Assembly: GCA_964434255.1 (NCBI GenBank) | Contig: CAYSUL010000001.1 | Coordinates: 27,720 to 91,719 of the forward strand | Origin: an uncultured Candidatus Saccharibacteria bacterium | Lineage (GTDB): Bacteria > Patescibacteriota > Minisyncoccia > Phycocordibacterales > Phycocordibacteraceae | Direction of reading: 5' to 3' | Length of the DNA stretch: 64,000 nt | In this document: one piece after another, positions 56,781 through 64,000 of the stretch | How positions within the stretch are numbered: the first letter of the stretch is position 1 | How the letters are laid out: the number at the start of each line of letters is the position of its first letter | Made by a program: the position numbers and the translations under genes | Notes under the pieces: model-generated | Databases searched by the model: none | What the model saw: the letters and a program-made list of their open reading frames with translations, nothing else | What the model was told of the DNA's origin: nothing

Positions 56781-58451
56781 TTATCCCTTTTCTCCGTAGA
56801 GAACGCGGGCCAATTTCAGGTCATCGTACGTATATTTCCCTTTGAGTTTCGTGTATATCGGCGCCAGCTTCTCGCTCCCCACCGCTTTCATCGCGACGAA
56901 TATCTTCGGGAGCCCGTCGATTATGGCTTCAGGCAGCAAATCCTGTACCTCATCCGTGGTTATGCGTCCCGCTTCCTTCAGCTTCTGCAGGTGGTCTGCA
57001 ATGGTGCCGAGCGTGAGCCCGCGGAGCGCGTTGATGTCATTGATGGTCTTCCCTTCCTTGAGGAGGTCGTACGTCTCGTCATACGTGCTGCGCTTCACTT
57101 TCGCGATGGACGCGTCACGCACTTCAAGAGAGCCGCCTGACGCTTTTATGAAATTCTGTTCCATCGTCGTACGCTCCTCGCTTTCTTCAAGGAGACCGAA
57201 CGCAACGGCAGCTTGTTCGGATAGTTCGCGGAAGAGCTTGTCCTTAGCAGCCACTCCCGGGTGCACATTGAGCGCGTTCTCGTTCCATCCGAGAAGGGAG
57301 AGCCCAGCGAGCGTACGCACGCGCGAGAGCGCGACATATCCCTGTCCGTATTCGAATGAGCGTGAAAGATCCATCGCCGCAGCGTCCATGCTCATTCCCT
57401 GGCTCTTATGCACCGTGATGGCCCACGCAAGACGGAGCGGCACCTGCATTATCTTGGCGCGCGCCTTGCCGCCTTCCTCTACCGCCCACTCCGCGGGCGC
57501 TATCGTTATCACCCTCCCGTCGCGGGTCTCTATCATCGGGTAGCTGGTGCCGCGCTCGAAGCCCGTGATTATACCGAGCGTCCCGTTCGCATATCCCGCT
57601 ATAGGATTGTTCTTCGTCGCCATAACGACCGCGCCTTCCTTGAGCACTAAAGTCTCGGGCGAGAGGCAGCCACGCTTAAGGCCTTCGATGAGCATGGGAG
57701 CTCCTTGCCCCGTCATGGTGAAGCGCTTCCCATTCCCTGGAAGCGCCGCGAGCTTCCCTTCGTTTATCCGGTCCACGTCCGCGTTGTGCGTATACAGCTG
57801 GGGAATGTCCTCGTCGAGCCCTTCGCCATCGGTCTCGCGCGCCGTGATGAGCGAGACGTGCGTATGGTCCCAGGAGCTCGTGCGTATGGCGCCGAGGAGA
57901 TCGAGGAATGCACCATCTTCCTGACGATGCTGCTCGTGCAGGTAGCAGATGATGGGGTTGAGCGCGGGCCACGCGGGACTCTCGAACGCGAACGCTGAGG
58001 GTCGTCCCACCTTCCCGATTGGAGGGAGCTGGAAGAAGTCACCCACGAGAACCACTTGCATGCCGCCGAACGGTTCTTCGCGCCTTCGGACTTCTTTAGC
58101 GACCGCGTCCACCATCGTGAGCACGTCGCCCGAGAGCATGGAGACCTCATCGATGATGAGCACGTCGGTGCGCTGTATGCGCTTCACCACGTGCTCTTTC
58201 TGCGAGACGCGCTCGAGAAGGTCCGCGGTGAGGCGCTCCGCGATACCGATGCCGCTCCAGGAGTGGATGGTCACGCCATGAATGTGGGTCGCAGCGATGC
58301 CGGTCGATGCCGTTATGGATGGCTCGATGGCGTGCGAGCGCAGCCACTTCACATACTCATTGATGGTATGCGTCTTGCCGCTTCCGGGCTCCCCCGTAAG
58401 GAATACGTTCGCTCCGGTCTTGAGTACTTGCAGCGCTTCGCCTTGAGTCAT
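56781..58451 (-). CDS. PIF1/RecD-like ATP-dependent DNA helicase with C-terminal HhH domain
   Basis: Walker A GEPGSGKTH. DEVSM Walker B. C-terminal helix-hairpin-helix region. Confidence 0.8.
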   Translation of the reverse strand: MTQGEALQVLKTGANVFLTGEPGSGKTHTINEYVKWLRSHAIEPSITASTGIAATHIHGVTIHSWSGIGIAERLTADLLERVSQKEHVVKRIQRTDVLIIDEVSMLSGDVLTMVDAVAKEVRRREEPFGGMQVVLVGDFFQLPPIGKVGRPSAFAFESPAWPALNPIICYLHEQHRQEDGAFLDLLGAIRTSSWDHTHVSLITARETDGEGLDEDIPQLYTHNADVDRINEGKLAALPGNGKRFTMTGQGAPMLIEGLKRGCLSPETLVLKEGAVVMATKNNPIAGYANGTLGIITGFERGTSYPMIETRDGRVITIAPAEWAVEEGGKARAKIMQVPLRLAWAITVHKSQGMSMDAAAMDLSRSFEYGQGYVALSRVRTLAGLSLLGWNENALNVHPGVAAKDKLFRELSEQAAVAFGLLEESEERTTMEQNFIKASGGSLEVRDASIAKVKRSTYDETYDLLKEGKTINDINALRGLTLGTIADHLQKLKEAGRITTDEVQDLLPEAIIDGLPKIFVAMKAVGSEKLAPIYTKLKGKYTYDDLKLARVLYGEKG

Positions 58452-58696
58452 CCACCGATACTACCAGACCCCGCGCTCGAGGGCCTGGAGTGAAGATAAA
58501 ATAAATATGAAACGCCTCGCCCGTGATGAGCGCTACCTTCCCGAAGAGCTTTCCGCTCCCCTCGTAGCATTCCCTCTTATCCTCGGGCGCAGGCCGCATG
58601 GACGTTGTCCTTGCTTCTGCGGTGGAATCTTCGACTTGCGTTCGAAATTACGATTCCGCATCCACCCATACTCCCCTATGCATGGTGAAGTGCGAG

Positions 58697-61369
58697 TTAA
58701 CGACCCATGCGCGCGAACAGCTTGCGTATCTCTTCTACGACTACGATAGGAAGCGCTGCCATGAGGATGAGTTTCCACTCATCGAGCGAGAGCGGCACGG
58801 TGTGGAGCACTCCCTGGAGGAACGGGGTGTATACCGCGAATATCTGGAGTATGACGACTACCGTCGTTGCACCGATGAGGTATGGGTTGCTAAACGGATT
58901 CATAGCAAATATCGAACGCGTCTCCGAGCGGCAGTTCCAGGCGTTGTACCACTGGAGCACTGCGAGCACTGAAAGCGAGATGGTGAGCGCCTTCGGGAGG
59001 CCTTCGGAGAGATGCATGCCGAAGAGCACGAGCGTGACGACCGCCATCGTCGTCGCCATGAGCGCCATACGCAGGAACATCGACTTATCGATGAGGTATT
59101 TGCCGGGCATGGTGAACTTGCGGGCCATAAGGTTCTTCTCCTTGGGCTCCATAGCAAGCGCTACATCGAGGAAGCCATCGGTCACGAAGTTGAGCCAGAT
59201 GATCTGCGCGGGGAGCACAGGGAGCGGATAGCTGACGACGAGCGCTCCGGTGATGGCGAGCGTCTCGCCGGCCGAGGTGGAGAAGAGATAGAGCGCGACG
59301 CGGCGAATGCTCTGGTATATGCCGCGGCCCTCCTCGACCGCAGCCACAATGCTGCCGAAGTCGTCATCGAGAAGAACGATGTCAGCTGCTTCCTTCGCGA
59401 CCTCCGTTCCTATCTTCCCCATAGCGACACCGAGATCGGCAGCGACCAAAGAAGGCGCATCGTTAATCCCGTCGCCCGTCATCGCGATGGTGAGACCCTT
59501 CGCTCTATACGCCCTGATGATGCGGAGCTTGTGCTCGGGCGTGACGCGCGCGAACACGGTCACCGAGGTAAGCGTATCGATGAGCGTCGCCTCGTCCATA
59601 TCATCCATCTCCGTTCCTGTGAGCACGCCATCCCCTTCGTTCCATATGCCGGCTTCCTTGGCTACCGCGCGCGCGGTCGCGACGTGATCCCCCGTTATCA
59701 TCACCACCTTGATACCCGCATCGTGGGCTGCGAGAAGCGCACTACGCACCTCAGGCTTCAGGCCATCGCGTATCCCGAAGAAGCCGAGGAACGTGAGCTT
59801 GTCCACATGCTCGGGAGAGAGCGCTTCGTGCACGCCATTTCTCTCCGCGTATGCAAGCACGCGGAATCCGTCTTCCGAGAGACGGAGCATCAGTGCTTCG
59901 AGCTCTCCGCGCTTCTCCGCAGTCATTACGTGTTCGCTCCCGTTCGCCCGCACCATGCTTGAACGAGAAAGGATGTGCTCGGGCGCGCCCGTCACCGAAA
60001 GAGCGCCGCCACGAGCGCCTGCGTGGACCGCTGCGTGGAAGCGGAGCTCCGAGGTGAACGGAAGCTCGAACAAGGGCGGTGACTCCCGCTCAAGATCCTC
60101 CTTCTGGAACCCGAGCTTACGAGCGAGCACGATGAGCGCCGCTTCCGTCGGGTCGCCCGCGACTCTCCAGAGCTTGCGCTCTTCGTCGTACACGACGCGC
60201 GCGGTCGAGGTGTATGCGGCTATCTTCCCTGCAGAGAGGAGCTCGGGATGGTTCGCAGCGACTATCGAAGCGTTGTCGAGAAGCACGTCACCGGTTGGGG
60301 CATATCCCGCGCCCGTGACGTCGAAGAGCTTCCCTTCCGCATATACCTTCTGGACTATCATCTCGTTCTTCGTGATCGTCCCCGTCTTATCCACCGCAAT
60401 GACCGCCGCCTGTCCGAGTGCTTCGACGGCCTGGAGATTCTTCACGAGCGCATTGCGCTTGCTCATGCGCCAGACTCCGGACGCGAGCACTAAAGTCATG
60501 ACGATAGGAAGGCCCTCGGGAATGATGGAGACCGCAAGCGTGACGACCGTCGCGAACATCTCGTCCAGCGGGTGCCCCTGCAGGTACCCGAGCACGAACA
60601 GGAATGCACTGATGAGGAGAACGACGACGATTATCGCCCTGGAGAGGCGACGGATACTCGCCTGGAGCGGTATCTCGGTCGAAGCACCCGACAGTTCCTT
60701 CGCGATAGAGCCGAGGATGGTGCTCGTCCCGGTCGCGACCACGAGCGCCTGTCCGGTGCCTGCAGCGATGTTCGTTCCCTTGAACGCCATGTTGAGCTGG
60801 TCGCCAAGCGTGAGCTCGGTGTCGGCAAGCGCATGGACGTCCTTCTCGACCGGAACGGACTCACCGGTGAGCGCGGACTCGTCTATGCGTAGGCCACGCG
60901 CGGAGAGGATGCGGGCATCCGCTGCGACCTTGCCGCCCTCCGAGAATATGAGGATGTCGCCCGGCACCACTTCGCGGTCAGGGATCAAGAGTTCGCGACC
61001 GTCGCGCAACACCGTCGCTTCGGTGGTGGCGTACGACTTAAGGGCACGCAGCGTATTCTGCGCCTTCCCTTCCTGGATAGTCCCGACGATGGCGTTGAAG
61101 AAAAGTATCGCGAGGATGATGTACGCATCGACCGGGTCTTCGGTGAAATACACGATTGCCGCGGCACCCAGGAGTATATAGATGAGCGGACTTGCGAACT
61201 GGCGGAGGAAGATGATGAGGATGCTGTCCGGCCTGGCTTCTGGGAGCGCGTTCGCGCCATGGGTCGCAAGACGCTCCTTCGCAACAGCTGTCGCAAGACC
61301 ATGCTCGCTCGCTTCGAGCTGTTCTTCGACCTGTTCCTTGGGGAGCGCGTACCAGCGCATTGACTGCAT
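58697..61369 (-). CDS. cation-transporting P-type ATPase (P2-type, Ca/Mg-ATPase-like)
   Basis: DKTGTIT phosphorylation site, TGDHVATA, GDGINDAPSL, 10 TM helices. Confidence 0.9.
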   Translation of the reverse strand: MQSMRWYALPKEQVEEQLEASEHGLATAVAKERLATHGANALPEARPDSILIIFLRQFASPLIYILLGAAAIVYFTEDPVDAYIILAILFFNAIVGTIQEGKAQNTLRALKSYATTEATVLRDGRELLIPDREVVPGDILIFSEGGKVAADARILSARGLRIDESALTGESVPVEKDVHALADTELTLGDQLNMAFKGTNIAAGTGQALVVATGTSTILGSIAKELSGASTEIPLQASIRRLSRAIIVVVLLISAFLFVLGYLQGHPLDEMFATVVTLAVSIIPEGLPIVMTLVLASGVWRMSKRNALVKNLQAVEALGQAAVIAVDKTGTITKNEMIVQKVYAEGKLFDVTGAGYAPTGDVLLDNASIVAANHPELLSAGKIAAYTSTARVVYDEERKLWRVAGDPTEAALIVLARKLGFQKEDLERESPPLFELPFTSELRFHAAVHAGARGGALSVTGAPEHILSRSSMVRANGSEHVMTAEKRGELEALMLRLSEDGFRVLAYAERNGVHEALSPEHVDKLTFLGFFGIRDGLKPEVRSALLAAHDAGIKVVMITGDHVATARAVAKEAGIWNEGDGVLTGTEMDDMDEATLIDTLTSVTVFARVTPEHKLRIIRAYRAKGLTIAMTGDGINDAPSLVAADLGVAMGKIGTEVAKEAADIVLLDDDFGSIVAAVEEGRGIYQSIRRVALYLFSTSAGETLAITGALVVSYPLPVLPAQIIWLNFVTDGFLDVALAMEPKEKNLMARKFTMPGKYLIDKSMFLRMALMATTMAVVTLVLFGMHLSEGLPKALTISLSVLAVLQWYNAWNCRSETRSIFAMNPFSNPYLIGATTVVVILQIFAVYTPFLQGVLHTVPLSLDEWKLILMAALPIVVVEEIRKLFARMGR

Positions 61370-61480
61370 TCCCTCATTGTCGCCTATGCACTGAGGAAAA
61401 TCTACCGAAGCTCATTGAAAAACGGCGTGCGTGTGGTACATTTGACTTATATTCAAAAGTGATACACAATACGCAGGCAT

Positions 61481-63079
61481 ATGCAGTCTCTCGTCAACCT
61501 TCTACGCCGTACGGCGCTTCGGACGCGCACGTTCGGAGACGCTTCATGGCGTCGCTATCGCGGCCTCAAGAAGTGGCAGCAAATAGCTGTCGCTATTCTT
61601 CTTGCCGTCCTTCTCATAGCAGGCATCACGCTCTTGCGTCAGGACGGTGCGCACGACGCCGGCAACCAGCTCCGCACCGTGACGCTTGCGACCGTCGGTG
61701 AGCTTTCAGGACAGGGTGCCTCTGTCAGCATCCTCGGTACCGTGCGCTCGATAACCGAAGCGGACATCCTCGCGCAGTCAGGCGGGACCGTACGGAGCGT
61801 GAACGCCAAGCTCGGCGGGAGTGTTCCTGCAGGCTTCGTCATCGCGAGCCTTGAGAACGCGAGCGAACGTGCTGCGGTCCTTCAGGCCGAGGGTTCGTAC
61901 GAAAGCGCGCTCGCCGCACGCTCCATAACCCAGGTCCAGGCAGCTAATACCGGAGAATCGCTCGAGGAGGCGGAAACCTCGGCCCGCAACACGTATCGCA
62001 CTGCGTACACGACTCTCGACAGCATGGTGGCGAACGAGGCGCAGAGCTTCTTCGGCGGCTCCTCCGTAAGCCCGACCGTACTCGTTTCCTCTGGCTCAGA
62101 CAATGCGCTCAAGAACGAGTTCATAGCGCTTAGGCGCGAGATGCAGTCGTGGCGGTACGCCCTGGATGCGTCCGGCACGAAGAATCCGGAAGTCCTCCTT
62201 GCCGACGCGGAGCGCATAGCCAACCGCGCCTCAATTTTCCTAGTAGACCTTGCTCGCGTGGCCGCACAGACCAACTCGGGCGCGACCGCTACCCAAAAAG
62301 CGAATCTTGCAGCCGCCCGCGCGGATGTGGACGGCCTCCTCGCGACCCTATCGGCTGAACGCGATGCGTTGCGTGCAGCGCAGGCAGCAGCAGCCGTCGC
62401 GAGCCACCAGACAGATTCGAGAAGCGGCGAGGTCGCGAGCGCGGACGCATCGGTCAAGACCGCACTCGGGGTGCTGCGCGGCGCGCAGGCGCAGCTCGAG
62501 AAGACCGTAGTGCGCGCTCCTATCGGCGGCCAGGTGAACTTCCTTCCTATACGAGTCGGCGACTACGTCACCGCATTCACGCACGTCGCGACCGTTGCCC
62601 AGAACGGCGCGCTCGAGATAGTCGCGTACGTGGGTGAGGACGACCGCGCGCTCCTTGCGGCAGGCACTAAAGTCACCGTCGAGGACGATATCCCCGGTAT
62701 CGTAACGTCCATAGCGCCCGCGCTTGATCCAACTACCAAGCTCATAGAGGTGCATGTAGCGGTCGATGCAGCGAGCGCAGGAGGAATAGTGAACGGCCAG
62801 TCGGTTCGCATCGCGCTTCCGAACCAGGCACCGAAGAAGGAAGAGGTAGGCACCGTTAGCGGCCCCTCGCTCCTTCCCCTTTCTGCAGTGAAGCTTTCAG
62901 GCGACAAGCGCATCATCTTCACCATCGATGAGGAGGGCGCGCTCGTGGCGAACGAAGTCGAAGTCCTCGAAGTCCGTGGCGACCGTATAGAGGTGCGGAC
63001 CAATCTCCCGCTCGAGCTGCGTATCGTCACCGACGCGCGCGGGCTCGCCGCAGGCCAGAAGGTAACCATCGCTCCGTAA
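61481..63079 (+). CDS. efflux RND-transporter periplasmic adaptor (membrane fusion protein)
   Basis: N-terminal TM. Long coiled-coil. Beta-barrel and MP domains. Confidence 0.75.
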   Translation: MQSLVNLLRRTALRTRTFGDASWRRYRGLKKWQQIAVAILLAVLLIAGITLLRQDGAHDAGNQLRTVTLATVGELSGQGASVSILGTVRSITEADILAQSGGTVRSVNAKLGGSVPAGFVIASLENASERAAVLQAEGSYESALAARSITQVQAANTGESLEEAETSARNTYRTAYTTLDSMVANEAQSFFGGSSVSPTVLVSSGSDNALKNEFIALRREMQSWRYALDASGTKNPEVLLADAERIANRASIFLVDLARVAAQTNSGATATQKANLAAARADVDGLLATLSAERDALRAAQAAAAVASHQTDSRSGEVASADASVKTALGVLRGAQAQLEKTVVRAPIGGQVNFLPIRVGDYVTAFTHVATVAQNGALEIVAYVGEDDRALLAAGTKVTVEDDIPGIVTSIAPALDPTTKLIEVHVAVDAASAGGIVNGQSVRIALPNQAPKKEEVGTVSGPSLLPLSAVKLSGDKRIIFTIDEEGALVANEVEVLEVRGDRIEVRTNLPLELRIVTDARGLAAGQKVTIAP

Positions 63080-63085
63080 CGATGC

Positions 63086-64000
63086 ATGACGAAGTTCTGG
63101 CTCTTCTTCATCCATAAGCACCACTTCACCATCCTGATGGGAGCGGTGCTCGTGCTTGCGGGCGCATACGCCGCAGCCGCCATACCGAAGGAGTCCTCTC
63201 CGGAGATACAGATACCTATCGGTATCGTTACCACCGTTCTTCCGGGTGCCTCGAGCGAGGATGTCGAGCGCCTTATCACGAATAAGATAGAGGACCGGGT
63301 GCTCGGTGTGGAGAACGTCACGAAGGTGACCTCCACGTCAGGCGAGGGCGTCTCTTCGATTACGGTCGAGTTCGCGGCCTCGGCTGATATCGATAAGTCC
63401 ATCCAGCTCCTCAAGGACGAGGTGGACAAGGTGAGCCCGGAGCTTCCGAGCGAGGCCGAGGATCCCTCGGTGACCGATGTGAATTTCGCGGACCAGCCTA
63501 TCATCATCGCCTCGATCTCGGGCGAACTCACCCCTGCAGAGCTCACCGCAGTCGGTACGATAGTGAAGGACGAGCTTGAGCGCGTGCCGAGCGTCTCCTC
63601 TGTCGCGCTTTCTGGAGTCCGCGAGCGCCAGGTGGACGTCATCGTCGAGCAGTCCAAGCTCCGTCAGTACGGACTTTCCCTTTCCGACGTTACGAACGCG
63701 ATACGCGCATCGGGCGTGGCGTCCCCACTCGGCTCCATCACCGTCGACAATATCGCGTACGCAGTGCGGCTCGAGGCGGGGCTTTCGAACACGGAACAGG
63801 TCGGAAGCGTAGCGCTCGCAGGACCCGCGGGCAGTGTGCTCCACGTACGGGACGTCGCGAAAGTGGTCGACGGGCTCGAGGATGCGGTCACTCATTCGCG
63901 CGTCTCGGTCGAAGGGGCGCCATCCGCGCCCGCGCTTTCTATATCAGTATTCAAGAGTAGGGGCGGCAACGTGGTCGAGATGGGCGACAAGGTTAAGGAA
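63086..64000 (+). CDS. efflux RND transporter permease (AcrB-like), 3'-truncated by window edge
   Basis: MTKFWLFFIHK... N-terminal TM then a periplasmic porter-domain pattern. Open to the end of the window. Confidence 0.8.
   Translation, partial: MTKFWLFFIHKHHFTILMGAVLVLAGAYAAAAIPKESSPEIQIPIGIVTTVLPGASSEDVERLITNKIEDRVLGVENVTKVTSTSGEGVSSITVEFAASADIDKSIQLLKDEVDKVSPELPSEAEDPSVTDVNFADQPIIIASISGELTPAELTAVGTIVKDELERVPSVSSVALSGVRERQVDVIVEQSKLRQYGLSLSDVTNAIRASGVASPLGSITVDNIAYAVRLEAGLSNTEQVGSVALAGPAGSVLHVRDVAKVVDGLEDAVTHSRVSVEGAPSAPALSISVFKSRGGNVVEMGDKVKE

Overview
This 64-kb window comes from a high-GC (~60%), gene-dense bacterial genome. Its gene content looks like the Candidate Phyla Radiation / Parcubacteria.

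The features pointing that way:
- Six of seven tRNAs lack an encoded CCA.
- ValRS is short (711 aa).
- ftsA and ftsZ are adjacent.
- LemA and HtpX are paired.
- DUF192, a CAP-domain protein and a 1252-aa repeat surface protein with a peptidoglycan-binding domain sit together.
- An O-antigen-ligase-like protein carries TPR repeats.

I call about 70 CDS, 7 tRNAs (Ser-CGA, Glu-TTC, Val-GAC, Phe-GAA, Arg-CCT, Gly-CCC, Ser-GGA), a type-A RNase P RNA with a near-consensus promoter, and many GC-rich stem-loop terminators.

The most unusual signal is a family of short imperfect direct repeats. The left type is ~CTGCTGRGRGTCYGGGACGATGTTGGAAC (five copies). The right type is ~TGGCAGACTAGGnnTCGAAYC, which resembles a tRNA 3' end (three copies). 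Together they bracket three 0.5-1 kb single-gene modules inserted immediately 3' of unrelated housekeeping genes. The cargo genes are small and compositionally atypical: a zinc-ribbon protein, a Phd/YefM-like protein, and a membrane protein in a ~40% GC islet. This looks like a cassette-like site-specific insertion system with no recombinase in view.

Other points of interest:
- a ~0.6-kb ORF-poor structured region with a candidate sRNA;
- a GcrA-family regulator and an alphaproteobacterial-type XRE regulator, the latter wedged between ftsA and ftsZ;
- a perfect non-CIRCE inverted repeat in the groESL leader;
- a tRNA, micro membrane protein and ATP-grasp arrangement;
- RG-rich disordered N-terminal tails on both RNase J and a DEAD-box helicase.

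Coordinates of non-ORF features were derived by hand-counting from ORF anchors and may be off by 1-2 nt.
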